64,000 nt of DNA from positions 121,892,001 to 121,956,000 of the forward strand of contig OX597817.1 in assembly GCA_951406725.2 (NCBI GenBank). The letters are read 5' to 3'. Position numbers and translations under genes: made by a program. Within the stretch, counting starts at the first letter, position 1, and each line of letters opens with the position of its first letter. Below the pieces are notes generated by a model that saw nothing but the letters and a program-made list of their open reading frames with translations, ran no database searches and was not told where the DNA came from. The DNA is from Octopus vulgaris (lineage: Eukaryota). This document shows, in pieces, positions 13,601-28,368 of this stretch.

Positions 13601-13855
13601 TAGAGTTGAAAATTAAGTTATTATTCTCTCATCTTAATATGACCAACTAAAGGAATCAATGAATAAATCATAGATAGGAAAGTGATATTTTGTATAAACC
13701 TAAACAATACTCGAAGAAAATTATATTTAAATCAATTACATCTCAGTGGACTATATTACAACATGTATTTATATCTTTAGATTAGAGTTTTAGTTGTTTT
13801 GGATCATCATGATTTCTGGTTCGGTGAAATAAATCGGTACCAAACGTTAGTGACC

Positions 13856-13902
<47 letters not shown>

Positions 13903-13924
13903 TGTGTGTGTGTATGTATGAATG

Positions 13925-13989
<65 letters not shown>

Positions 13990-16411
13990 AAAGTTAAATG
14001 CGATACAATAAAATTAATTATAATCATATATATATATGTATGTATGTATGTATGTATATATATATATTTATATATATATATTTAATATATATTCAACGAA
14101 ATAGTTTCTAAAAGAAAATTTATATAGAATCATAGTTAACTTATGTGAAGTCTAATATTTACTGATGAGGTGATCACAATAATAACAATATATTTGGGTA
14201 GGTCACGAAACAACAAATGAAAATAACCATTAAGTAATATTTTCGTTCCCCATAATGAAGATTAGTTAGCATTTTTATGCTTCTAAGTTAGATAAATTAT
14301 TGTAACATATACCCTGAGTTAAATACGTTATTGTAGCTGTAGCGACAGTTTTATTGGTTTTCTCATCATCTGTTGCTAGTTGATATTATTTTTCAATTTA
14401 TTTCTTTACCTGATTCTTTAGCATTTGGATATCTTATAGATAGAGGAATAAGCGTAAATGCCCACTTAAGCGGCGTTTTTCTTCAGAATATTTCCAATAG
14501 TTACCAACTTCCCTTGTGTCTAACCTGCTACCGATTCTAAGTCAAGTCGCTATATCTGATGCAAAATATATTGATACATCTCTACTTCTACCTTTAGGGG
14601 ATATATTTTCAATGAAATCAGTCTGTCTCAAGTCAATTTTAATTTTCGACCCTGTAAAGATGAAAGACAAAGACCATCTTAAAGGGATTTCATTGTCGGG
14701 ACTAAATATGCAAAACATTTTGTCCTGCTCTGTATTGTCTTTGCATTCAGATACTCTATTTTAAGTAAAATGATGAAATGCTCTTTAGATTCATTTTAGG
14801 ATTACGTCATATGAATTAAGATGTTTTAGAAATTATAACAATTCTTATAATATAGAAATTATTCAATCTTTATAGAAACGAAATACATTTTAATGGCTAT
14901 TTTAAATTATTCAGTGTATATCACATCGAGACATTATATTTTACACGCAATAACTGATTATTGATTTCATTCTGAAGCAAATGAAAGCCATTTCGGAAAG
15001 GAAAATATTTTTTTTAATTGAACACTATATTTCCGTTACTATCATAACATTACAAAGATAACCAGTGACATTTACTTTTAGGAAATTTGAATACAATTAA
15101 AAATACTCTCATATACGTTGTTTAATGGCATTCTCAATGAATTCCTAACTTACAATGTATTGCCATTACAATAGATACCATCTATTCAAAGGACAAAATG
15201 GACTCATTGCGGGAACATTCCATAATAATACACAATGCAAGAATGATCCAGGAATAATCCGTTACCGCATAGCGATAGTAACTTTACGCGTTAAATCTTT
15301 CGGATATTTTATCGAATTATCTAAAACTGGAATTCTTTTAATCCGCTTAGTTCTAATAGTATTCAATGCTAGATTTTACTAAAATTAATGGTTTTCATAT
15401 GCTGTTGCATAATTTTAATCTAAATACGCACGAAATTAAGATAACTACTTTGGATTGTACATACGAATGATTCTTAAGGTATTTCGATTTTAAATGCGTG
15501 ATTTAGAAATTACGATATACAATGGACAAAATTCCTAGAAACAACAATTGCATATATATATATATATATATATCATTATTATTATTATTATTATTATTAC
15601 TATTATTATTATATTACTATGCATAATATTGCGATTATAAATTTACATCTCAATATAAATTTAGATGCAGAACTTTTGAAAGAAACATATCAACGGATAA
15701 CTTTTTTCACTCGAAGAAATATCCAATTGCAATGCCAACATGAAAATCATAGTATAAAACAAGTATATAGCCATTTCAAAATATTCAATACCGGAATCAA
15801 TTTTTGAGCAACAGAAAAACCGGTAACAAAAATTTTAAGAAATACGATGAAGGACAATAAATAACAAATAAAGAAAAGATAGAAAAATATTGTGCAAGCA
15901 ATGAGAATAGAGACGAGTGAAGGTAAAGGAGAATGAAATCGATATTTCAATTATAGGTTCCCCAGAGCTTGTTACGAATTGAATGAATAAGTGTCTAAAA
16001 ACTACGAAAGACACCTCTATGGAAACTACTGAATGAAACTACAATATTGAATATTTTATTTACGGTTTTTCAACACACTTAGAAATGCAGGCTAGGATTA
16101 TTCAAAATATCGCCTGCAGTTACGAAGAACTAAAATATGTAAACTGGTTATCGAAGTTGTTTGAAAGCTATGCTATGGACAACAGCAAGAACTCTCTGTC
16201 TTAGCTGATAATGTAACTGTTATATTGTTGTTCAGTATTTAACAGTCATGTAGCTTCTGTTGCTTCTCTTGCAGGAAATATATCACCATCATTATGTGCT
16301 TTGTAATATGTTGTCTCTTATAGATATTTTCTAACCTTTGGTATTTGTTATTATCATTGTTAAAACTGTAACATTCTTAGAGAAAAGGCTAAAATTGTAT
16401 CATGAAAAAGA

Positions 16412-16885
<474 letters not shown>

Positions 16886-16889
16886 GTGA

Positions 16890-17857
16890 TACCAGTATCA
16901 TCACTCTACTTCTGACATGGCTGAAAAATACTGGTGCAAGTTTGAATTGGAATCTGAGTGCACTCCAGCGCATGGACATAAGGACCAAGAAATTGCTGAC
17001 ATTAAAATCAGGTGTCCATAGGTTTTCTACTCCACAAAAGGAAGGTAGTAGATGCTTAATCCAACTTGAAACGTCGTATACAATGACCACGATAGGACTC
17101 CAAGTGTACTTCCAAAGTAACACCGACTGGATGATACAGCTGATAAGGCAACACAACCAGAATGAGAAACTGCACTCAATCACAAATGCGGCATATAAAA
17201 TACAGACGAGAGCTGAACTACCTTGATTATGATGATGGTAAGGAGGACACCTTATCCACTAAGGCATTAAAAAAAGTGCAAAACAAAAGCCAAACAGGAA
17301 AGCTTGAAGGTAATATCGAAACTGTGGCAAGAAAAACCATTGGATGAACAATACCCCAAACTAGCTGGGAAAGCTGATGTAGATTTGAGATGATCCCATC
17401 TATGGCTCCAGAGTGCTGGTTTGAAAGGCGAAACATCAGAGCCTCCTAACTCGGAACAATCAAGTTAATGTCTCACACAATGAGAAAGACACAAAGTGTA
17501 GTCTTTGCAATGACAAGCTTGTTGCCGGTTACTCAGTCCTTAACCCTACAGAATATAAAATTACGCATGATCGAATTGGCTAATACTTGCACTGGAGCAT
17601 AAGCTTTCACTATGATATCCTGCATTCTAAAAACTGGTATGAATACTATCTAGATTTAGTTACTGAGGGAGAGAATGTTCCTGTCCTGTGAGATTATGGG
17701 ATACATAAAGACAAGCAAATAGATGTTGTCAGAGCAAACATATTTATCAAAGACGTAAGACAAAAACATGCCTGTTAACTGATATGACAGTGCCTACTGA
17801 TAGAAGCATCTCAGCAAAGGAATTTGAAAAACTATCGAGATATAAGGACTTTGAAAT

Positions 17858-17908
<51 letters not shown>

Positions 17909-18160
17909 ACGTGGCAATTAAAAACCAAAACTGTCCCAGTTGTTGTCGGTGACCTGGGAAAGATTAAGAAAGATAGTGGCAAATTTTTGGACCAGATCCT
18001 TGGGAAATCAACAATATATGAGACTCAATAAATTGTGTTGACTTCAAGCACTTACATTCTCACGAAATTTCTCTCCATATAATACATACGTACCTTGGTT
18101 GAGGCCTAGTCGGAGGATTAAATAAAGTGCAAATCAATCGAAAACCAATAATAATAGTTA
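16890..18160 (+). pseudogene. Dong/R4-like non-LTR retrotransposon, decayed ORF C-terminal half and 3' end
   Basis: MDIRTKKLLT, WLQSAGLKGET, KCSLC..EYKITHDRIG, DMTVPTDRSISAKEFEKLSRYKD, WQLKTKTVPVVVGDLG; ends in aataataat; (TA)n expanded inside the ORF at ~17860-17905. Confidence 0.85.
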
Positions 18161-18191
18161 TCATCATCATTATTATTATCACTATTATTAA

Positions 18192-18410
18192 GGTGGCGAT
18201 CTGGCAGGATAATTAGCACGCCATGCTAAATACTTAGCAGTGTTTTTTTCTCTGTCTTTACTTTCTAAGTTCACATTTCGCCGAGATGGACTTTGTTTTC
18301 CTCCTTTCGGTTCGGCAAAAGAAGTAACAGTCATGTACTGAAGTCGATAAAAATCGACCAGACCCCTTACCTAAATCTTCAGGCCTTGTGTCTCGCCTAT
18401 AGCAGAAAGG
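18192..18410 (+). mobile_element. Degraded SINE, family A
   Basis: ggtggcgatctggcagga...cgccgagatggactttg...ggccttgtgtc. Confidence 0.7.
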
Positions 18411-18439
18411 ATTATTATTACTTACGCTAATGAATTTGG

Positions 18440-18735
18440 GTTGTAAGATTCCTGATGTGAAGTCGTGTGTTGAAGCAGATATTGTTGTATTTCGGGGTAG
18501 TATTTTTCTTTTCTTTTTGCCAAATAAACACACGCATTATATATTCCCTCTTCATTCGTTTATTACTGTTCTCATTCAAACTCACGTACTTTGTCCGGAA
18601 ATCTTTCGCCACACACCTGTGACCCCTTCACTTTCTGTCATCGTGTGTTCTGCTCTGCTTGTTCCATTCTGTCCTTCTATTACTATTATCATCTTTTGTG
18701 TTTATCTCTCAGTTTTAGGTGTTATACTGGTTCAC
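18440..18735 (-). mobile_element. PLE 3' end, related to the family at 30691-31703
   Basis: Matches the 31494-31700 copy including its tail; minus strand gtgaagg-g-gtcac-aggtgt-gtggc-gaaa-gatttc is an HHR-like relic. Confidence 0.7.
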
Positions 18736-18902
18736 TAAGAGACATGCTAAACAGATTAAGGTCAAGCAACTGACAAGCAAATCTGTGGTATTGAGCAGAA
18801 TATTTGCTGTATCCCATCTTTTATACCAAGTCAAAACAATGTACATGATAACACTTCCAATCTGGAAAGATCAGAAGCTATGAAAGCCAGTGCCTGGTAC
18901 TG

Positions 18903-18904
<2 letters not shown>

Positions 18905-18972
<68 letters not shown>
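18905..18972. repeat. (TTA)n microsatellite
   Basis: Pure ATT run. Confidence 0.95.
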
Positions 18973-18975
<3 letters not shown>

Positions 18976-21165
18976 TCCGCCTTAGCGTCTTCCAAAATTT
19001 AGGTCTCGTCCCTCTTTCAGAAATCAATATTAATTATATAAGATTAATCGCAGTTTCAATTGTAAAAGTATCATGTGCGGTTTCCCATATTGTAACTATG
19101 AAAATGGTTTTTGTTACGTCATTAATGCCCTGACGAAAACGACGAGCGTCCCACAATCCCACGACACCTCACTGAAAATTTGAAGTGTGATGCCTATTTG
19201 AGAATCAATTACACATATTAGTTCTTGAAAATTAATTGCTAAAAATCAATAAATTCATTGCGTCACTAATGACAAGGTATATTTCAGACATGCGCTCGAG
19301 CATTCTCTGAGTTTTTAAATTATTTCGTTAAGATGAGATAAATCTTATTAATTTTATATGAACAAAGAATAACTTCAAACGATCAGTTCGTTTTCCCCCG
19401 CGAGAAAAAATTTCATATTTTTCTTTTTCTTTTATACATATCTCTTTTAGTTTATGTTTCTATCTGTAGTCATACCACTGTGAGCAAAAGCAGTTGCTAC
19501 TGCTATTATTACTGTTAAATAACCACTCCAGTCAGTTATCTTAGTTAATGGAATGCATATCGATTTTGTTTCTTTGGCATGGGAACATTATTATAACGAT
19601 AGGGAATATAATCGATTTATTCAGCATGAGAATATAACTGCTACTTTATAGAGTGGGAAGATATTTTAGTACGGTATTGGAGTTGATACATGTAAGCATC
19701 CAGATTTATTGTATAAAATACTCACTTCATCTTCTGGATTCTTACATCGTTTCATTATCAATAACTTTTGTATGAGTTGCCAGAAAATCCTGGTAGTATA
19801 GAGAAGAGGGACATATGGTGACGTGACGTCCCTAATTTTCCAGCGGAAATTAATGGTAAGAATTAATGGAAATTGTAATACACATGGAGTACTAGTATAA
19901 CTAGAAGATGATAATGAAAGAAAATTTAAAAAATTAAGGAAAAGAAGGAAGGAGGAGAGAAAATTAAGAACAGATGCATTGTACATTTTGTCTTCAGCAT
20001 TGTATAATGAATCATATTGTATTACAAATATTTGCATTTTTGTCAACTTTGCCTTTAGGGTGAAGGAAGGAAATGGAAGAGGCTGTTTCAGAACTGAAAA
20101 TTATTTAATAGATTATAAACACCCACACATATTTGCGGCTTTATTCCAAGTTTTGAAATCAATACTTGCGTGTATGAATTCCGGGGACTGGAGGGTGACA
20201 TTACTCTTTGCGGCTTTTAAAATCAAAACAATTTAATTCATGGTGGTTTCTTGCAGTCAATAAAATAATCTATGTACCGCAAAACGAAGTTTGTTTATGT
20301 AAATAATAACGGCATAGTTTTTTTTTTTTTTCTTCAAATTTTCGTCAGTTTACAAAGAATATCTTCTTTGAGCTTTAATATGAAAGAAATTCATTTCTTC
20401 AAAATATTCCCCTCCCCACCCCCTCCGGTGAGACAAGAATTATTCGCAAACTATAGAGGCATGATTTGAATCATTGAAACGGTGATATTTACTGAAAGCA
20501 CCCACATTACAAGTCACGTTGTTAAACCAGATATCGGATAACTTCTACCACACAAGAATTAACGCAAGCTGAAACAGCTAGCTCATGATATGTTGTCCTA
20601 GCCTTTAACATCTCTCTCTCAGTTAGCCAGAACGAAGTGGTAGATTCAATACAAACATGAGAGGTGTCTTATAAATTTTGCTCACGTTTGACTTAAAATT
20701 GTTCGTTCAATTTCAGTGGAAGCCCGCTTTATCTTTCAACACACCAGGATACTATTCAAATACCAGTTAGAAATCAGTATTCGTACACAATAAAGTGCCT
20801 GATTGTATTTTATTCTACAAGGTTTTATTTTCCTAATTGACTCACGTTGACGAAAAGTGCTGACTGCTAAATCTAGTTGTCGTTTTCTGTTGCATCTAAT
20901 TAACTATTGACAGATTTATGGAAATTAAGTTTTTGAAGCACTTTTTTTCTGCCTATATTTTTATGAAGCATTTCGTTCAATACTATTTGACAAATATTTG
21001 ACACATTTTCCAAAAATTATGCCTTGCTATTATGAACATTTTTAAAGCTAATAATCGTTTATTAGGTTTGTATTTGGAACAAAAAAAAAAAACAGAATAT
21101 TTTCAACTTGAAAATTTCAGATATTGAGAATAAAGGAGCTACGTTAATATAATGTTTGAATTTAA

Positions 21166-22130
21166 AGGCGGTAAGCTGGCAGAAACGTTAGCACACCGGG
21201 CGAAATGCGTAGCCGTATTTCGTCTGTCGTTACGTACTGAGTTCAAATTCCGCCGAGGTCGACTTTGCCTTTCATCCTTTCGGGGTCGATTAAATAAGTA
21301 CCAGTTACGCACTGGGGTCGATACAATCGACTTAATCCGTTTGTCTGTCCTTGTTTGTCCTCTCTGTGTTTAGCCCCTTGTGGGTAGTAAAGAAATAGGT
21401 AAGCTGGCAGAAACTTAAGAACGCCGGGCGAAATGCGTAGCCGTATTTCGTCTGCCGTTACGTTCTGAGTTCAAATTCCTCCGAGCTCGACTTTGCCTTT
21501 CATCCTTTCGGGGTCGATAAATTAAGTACCAGTTACGCACTGGGTCGATATAATCGACTTAATCCGTTTGTCTGTCCTTCTTTGTCCCCTCTGTGTTTAG
21601 CCCCTTGTGGGTAGTAAAGAAATAGAAATAGGTATTTCTTCTGTCTTTACGATCTAAGTACGAATTCCGCCGACTTAATCCATGTGTCTGTCCTTGTTTG
21701 TCCCTTCTGCGTTTAACCCCTTGTGGGTAATAAAGAAATAAGAAACGTTACAGCGGCGGGCAAAATGCTTTGCGGTATTTCGTCTGCCGCTACTTTCTGA
21801 GTTCAAATTCCGCCGAGGTCGACTTTGCCTTTCATCCTTTCGGGGTCGATTAAATAAGTACCAGTTACGCACTGGGTCGATATAATCGACTTAGTCCGTT
21901 TATTCGTCCTTGTTTGTCACCTCTGTGTTTAGCCCCTTGTGGGTAGTAAAGAAATAGAAGTAGGTACTTCTTCTGTCTTTACGTTCTAAATACAAATTCC
22001 GCCGAGGTCAACTTTGCCTTTCATTCTTTCGGGGTCGATAAATTAAGTACCAGTAGCGTACTGCGGTCGATCTAATCGACTGGCCCCCCCTCCCCCAAAA
22101 TTTCGGGCCTTGTGCCTAGAGTAGAAAAGA
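21166..22130 (+). mobile_element. Head-to-tail array of family A SINE units
   Basis: Units at about 21166-21398, 21398-21625, 21627-21740 (deleted), 21742-21955 and 21958-22130 (different 3' end). Confidence 0.9.
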
Positions 22131-22364
22131 TACAGTTTGAAGATAATAACCAAAAAATTTTGAAAATATATGAATCCATATGGGAATATATAAATTCCAA
22201 AAATCATTTAGTATTTTTCAGAATCAGCCGTCACCCACGAACGATATTTATATGGTAACATGTACCGTTCTTTCACAAACGGTATACCTTTCCAAATGTA
22301 GACAACTAAAAACAGTAATTAAAAACACGCTCCCATCAACCCATATAAACATGCATACACGAAC

Positions 22365-22750
22365 AAGCCGTTCTGTTGATCGTATCAGCTGGGACCATTG
22401 TCGTCGTAACCGAGGGAGTACTCCTTTCCCCTTTTATCTTTCTCTCTCTCTCACTATATATATATACAATCAACGGAACGACTTGCTCGTGAAACTAACG
22501 TGCAATTGAGTGAGCATTCCACAGACACGTGTACCCTTAACGTAGTTCTCAGGGAGATTCAGCACTGACACAGAGTGTGACGACGCTGGCCCTTTGTAAT
22601 AGAGGTAGTACTCATTCTTGCCAGCTGAGTTGAGTGGAGCAACTGAAATAAAGTGTCTTGCTCAAGGACACAACGCGTCGCTAGGAACTCAAAACACGAT
22701 CATACGATCATGAAACGAAAGCTCTGACCAGTAAACCACGCGCCTTCACC
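22365..22750 (-). mobile_element. tRNA-derived SINE related to family C
   Basis: Shares cacagacacgtgtacccttaacgtagttctc...cacagagtgtgac with 35038-35100; tRNA-like head ends near 22749. Confidence 0.8.
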
Positions 22751-22770
22751 ATACACACGCACGCACACAG

Positions 22771-22801
<31 letters not shown>

Positions 22802-22932
22802 CACATATATATACATATTACGTGATCACATGACCGACCAGACCGTCAGATGTTGCCACACATCGCTGGTCACAATGCGTTCGCATTGTTTTAGCCTTCA
22901 AATGACGCCACCCCGCTGGCTAAGCGAGCAGG

Positions 22933-22979
<47 letters not shown>

Positions 22980-23136
22980 CACATTCGTATAGAGCTATAT
23001 GTATCATACATAATACATACATGTAATAAAAATAGACAATTGAAAATGTTACTGACGTTACATACTGAAATAACATACAAATATATAATACGTATGTCCG
23101 TGTGTGTATATGTATATACATATAGATATATGTATG

Positions 23137-23182
<46 letters not shown>

Positions 23183-23944
23183 ATATATATATAAATGCAT
23201 GTATGAATATAAATGTATGTACATGACACATACATTTGCATACACATATACTCGCATATATGAATGCACGTTTCTGTGTATAAATGTGTGTGTGTTTGTG
23301 TGTAGACATTTGATGGTAAATGTCAGCTTAGTTCCATGCATTGTTTCTTATGTAGTCACTTTATTTATTCATTCAATTAACACATTTATATCGCGCCCAC
23401 TGCGGTGGTGTTGTAGTTTTATGGCTGTAATGTCTATACTGGTCTATGCACGCGCATTAATCATTCCAAATATCCATTAAATGACATAAGTTCAGAACTG
23501 TAAGTTAATAAAATACATTTTTATTACGCAATACTTCTACCTCCTACACAGGCTATTACTATCGTAACTATTTGCAGCTTATCGACTGACGGAGCGGGTA
23601 TTAAATGTCCGAGATATCCATAGCAGAGCGATTATGAAGTCCTCCTGCAAATCATCCACTTCTCGTCTTGACAAGATTCTCCTCATCAGATAAAACGCTT
23701 ACGAACCGAATTTGAAGTAAGGGGAAATTATTTCATAACAGAGGATAAAATTTTAACGTAAGCATTCTTTAAATGAATAATATTAAAATATTGTTGTTTT
23801 TGTAACTAAAATTTATTTAATCAACTTAGGCTAATACTTGGGTAAAATGAGTTAGTACAAAATTATTTATACGTGCTACAGTATAAGGTTCCGATTTTTC
23901 AGAAAATTTTACTGTGTATGTATGGAAGAAGTAAGTAAAAAAAA

Positions 23945-24135
23945 AACCTTCAGTCATGAATGACCATGAGATCGCACCTAGAACGTTTCCATCCGAGTCA
24001 CAAGTCCGTGCAAGGTTGTTTATGGAAGACTAGATGTCGCCCATGTATACCAGCCTCCCCGAGATGTTATCCAAGGGAGCGACAAAGGCCGATACTGCTT
24101 GCCACCAGTGACGTCACAACACATTTCTACAGCTA
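23945..24135 (-). mobile_element. SINE 3' fragment, family D (related to 34200-34480)
   Basis: tttatggaagac...gcctcccc..gatgttatccaaggga...ccagtgacgtcacaac.catttctacagc is shared with 34250-34357. Confidence 0.65.
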
Positions 24136-24503
24136 GTCATTTGACTGCGGTTGTGCTGGGTCACCGCCTTTAAAGGTTTTAGTCAAACAACTCGATCCCA
24201 GGACCTTTTTAAGCCTGGTACTTATTCTATCGGTCCCATTTGCCAAACCACTAAGTTACGGGGTGTAAACGCACCAACAAGCGCTGGGTGGGGACAAACA
24301 CAGACACAAAGACACACATAGATAAATACACAGAAATTCGACGGATTTCTTTAAGTTTCCGTCTACCAAACAAACTCACAATCCTTTGGTCGGTCCGAGG
24401 CTATAGCAGAAGACACTTGCCCAAGGTGCCACACAGTGGGACTGGACCTGGAACCAAGTGGTTTGGAAGCCAGATTCTTATCACACGGCCAGCCTGCGCC
24501 TGT
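24135..24503 (-). mobile_element. SINE, family B
   Basis: Reverse complement of the 42957-43372 type (gaagacacttgcccaaggtgccac..agtgggactg). Confidence 0.85.
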
Positions 24504-27500
24504 ATTTTGCTAATTGTCCTTTAGATTAAGTAAGGCATACTTAAGGTCCGAATGAGAGAAGTAAAATTTCGTAGGTAACAATTGAGTTATACCATCCCGT
24601 TACATTTACTGACGATGGATCTTCCAATTAGCTTATTGGTAAGTTTGTGTCTGAGAGAATTTGAACACAGAACGTAGAAGTCCGTAATTAAATACTGCAA
24701 TATATTTGTCCCTAGCGTTCTACTTATTCTGCTAGCCTCCGTTATTCTTGTTGTACAATAACGAATGAAATATTGATTTTCGGCTCAAATTCCGTTAACG
24801 GTTATGCAAGTTTCAGCTTATCGCTTAAAGTATTCATATAATATCACAAGTAATCATACGAAAGCAATTTAAGTGGAGTATTTTAGGTGCTGTATGATAA
24901 CTAGTGAAACCTCAAATTATTTCGAATATATGTCCAATAATAGAATTTGTCAATTCTAAGCTTAATAACCTAAATATCGTATACTTTACGTTAGAGATTT
25001 TATTAGGAAATATGGTAAACTTCCTATGAATGACTGCTTTAATAAGTCCTTTAACCTAACGCTATGTTGGTGCGAGTTCATATGATGAAAGGCCGCTGGG
25101 AGATTATTAGAAACTAGTCGGAACAATGAATATATTATGCGTGGCAACTGTTGAAATCAATGGTGGCAGTTTCTACATTATTACCCATAGCTTGCCTGTT
25201 CAAATCTTGTCAATCTTGTAAATTCCTTTAAGATTGCATTGTATCATAGGTTCTATTATATTCGATTATATTCAAATATGTTCATGTACTCATCTCATTC
25301 TAAAAGAATTTTTACAAAAAACTAACTTATGACTCACAGAAGGAGGAAATACGAAGTTGATGTTGATTTCAACTTAGATTGTAAATGATGTTCCACAATT
25401 TGGAAGTATATATATTCCTGAAAATAGTTATGATGAAAAGTGAATTACCTTAATGAGATCAGGAATAAACAATAAGGGCCCTATGATTTTTTGTTCGTGA
25501 TTAAGCCCTTCACTGTGGTATTTGACGAAGTTAATTAGACTATGTCTTACTGGACCATATTTACTCCTGCATGAAGGCAAATGCAGTCGATAGAAACTTA
25601 TTGGAACTCGGAAATTATTTTGGTATTTGAAGAGAAAATCAGGTCTCAGATTTATATGAGAGGAGAAATGGATTAAATAATGTCACTGAAGTATGACTGA
25701 TTATATATAACAATTGACATAAACAAATTAACAAAACTGCTCTCTTGGACATTTTGTTGTCCTTTTCGGCATTTAGATTAAATTACAGACATCAAAATTC
25801 CTTAGAATGCGACTGATTCATCCCATTACATATTCTTTAAACATTATTTCTTCACGTTCACTTCATTAGTTTTGGGATGGTCAGTACTTAGGAAAGTGAA
25901 TGCTTCCTGTGTCTTCATACACTCCTGTATTCAATTTCATCTCAAAAGAAATAATCATGTTTGTTAAGTATATCCTCTAATGCTACTGTCTGCAAATCTT
26001 TTCTTTTGGTTGGTCGTATGTTAAAATCACAGGTGTGCAAAATTTAGTTGTAAATATATCTTTTGCTCAGTATCACCCGTGATGTGACGTATCTACTTCC
26101 AAATTTAGTCAGGTCTTTGATCTATATAATTTGTAGTAGGAAATTTGCAGAGAACTTTAGAACTGTGACATCATGTAGAACACACTCACGTGATACAACC
26201 AGACGGACTTCCACACGAAATTTATTTGTGAGTCTTAATAAAAAATTACAAGTTCCTAGAAACTCATTCTTTCTTTTAAATAGAAACGGTTGCGCAAACT
26301 TAGTGAGTTACTGCCATCTGATAAGTTTATGCTATAGAGACTGTCGTACACAAATATGGAATTAGATACCATTAAATCTTTCTGCCTTTCAATAAGGCAG
26401 AATCATATAAAATTTTATTAAAATGCATTTTTATAGAATGTTCTTTGTTCCACATAGAAAATTGATAGTTTTTATACTTTCTGTCAGGTACAAAATTGTT
26501 GCTAAAAATTGTATACGTTATATCACTTTTAAGCCTCCGGACTAAAGTTTGTATAACCTTACTAACAACCTAATTGAAGTAAATTGTCGTTTTATTGAGC
26601 AAATTTATGTTTATTGTTGTATCATTGTATCAATTAACTCATTCTGTCTGATGTTATTATATATAACATGATATACAAACTCTTTATCGGAATCTGCGTT
26701 GTATTAGTGCTGTGGTAAACGTATATTTGGCTGCTCATATCCAACCAAATATTTCCTTCTTACCTACTTCAGCTATAGTTGATACTAGTTTCTTCTAAGC
26801 ATCCTGATATTGTACAATTCATTTATGCAGCACACTTTTCTTTCATTAAACTTAAAATATATCATTTCTTATCAATAACAATCGATATAAACGTTTGAAT
26901 AGACATGAGTTCAGAAAAGTATGGTGAATCACAGAAATGCATCGTTAAATGCAATCGAATTATATACTCCATTCTGAGAATAGCTGTCTTGCAATTGGAA
27001 GTATCTAAGAACATATCTCGACGCTATCTACCGATATTATTTTTAAAGTTGTAAGCTAGTTAACTTCAGCAATGAAGTGACGTAATTTGAACTTCTCCGT
27101 TGTCAATGGCTTGCTTAATCTACTTATGTAGATATTGAAACCTTCCTAATGTTTTAGTGAAAGACATATCAACAGAGGCTTATTTAGAAAAGACCTTTTC
27201 AAATGCCTATAAATCTATTTACCTCTTTTATGAAGTTTTGTAGATACTCAGTCGCCTAACAAAATGTTAGATAATGAAACATCTCATAAAAGAAACCAAC
27301 AGTATTTTATCTGAGAACAATAGAATCTGCGATAAAATACTTTCCAGCTTCCAGACAAGCGGCACCATTAATGTAATAAGTGCTAAAGGCTTTCATTTCA
27401 TATGTGCATTAAGCGGAACATACCCAGTTTGGAATACATATGTACCCGAAATCTTATTTTATTACATATTCGTTTTTTTTTCTTCATCAATATTACATAG

Positions 27501-28184
27501 TGCGCGTAAATGAATAATTTCCAGTATTAATAGTACGTGGTTGATTTGTATACACTGAAGGCATAGTTTATCAGAAGAATCTTAAAAGAATAAAATTTCT
27601 CCACTTTTATACGAAGTCAATGCTGAGAGGAGACAGCGAAATAATGCAAGGAAACATAACGAAAGGTAATATAATTTACGCCTTGAATGCCTCTGTTTCA
27701 AAGAAACTTTGTATGAAAGACACGATGAGATTCTTATGAATGTTATATTAATATACTGGTGTATGCCTTCGGAACAAGATGAATTTTTGTGGAGACCAGT
27801 TTTTACTGTTGTTGTTTAGCTGCCGCTAGCCAAGATCGAGTAAACCTATGATCAGTAACTTTCGAGCAGTTGCCATTCCATTTCTTATTCAAATAAGCTC
27901 TATCTAGGAATGCATATCAAATATTTTCATTTTCTTTGTCTGGAATGAGATTTGAGGAGAATTAAGTTGCAATATTTAGCATTTTGTGACTTGTTTCGAA
28001 ATGTTTATGGGATTTAGACAATCCAGTATATAAAGGTTTCTTAATGGAGATTGATAAAACGTAAGGTTATCACAACACATTCTTTGTTTAAAAACTTACA
28101 TAGACGCGGAATAACAAGTGATTGGTTGAGGTGAACACTTATTCCTTGGCCTCTTTAATGAAACTAATTCTCTGGAAGAGGCAG

Positions 28185-28368
28185 AGAGAGGGGGAGAAGC
28201 AGAGTGTAGGAGACTGACACAAAGCGAGAGAGGGAGAGAGTGAAAGAGAGTAGGAGAAAGAGAAACAGAGAGGTAAAAAGAAAATGAGAGGGAGGGAAGG
28301 AGAGGGAGAGCGGGAGAGAGCGAGAGCGAGCGAGAGAGAGAGATACAGAGAGAGAGAGAGAGAGAAAA
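28185..28368. repeat. GA-rich purine tract
   Basis: Degenerate (GA)n with few pyrimidines. Confidence 0.9.

Noticed and set aside
21166-22130. Possible CRISPR-like array
   Set aside because: Units are ~230-bp SINE copies with no unique spacers, and the context is eukaryotic.
23580-23700. Minus-strand CTGATGA-GGAG...CTCC as a possible HHR
   Set aside because: No GAAA box after stem II and no convincing stem I.
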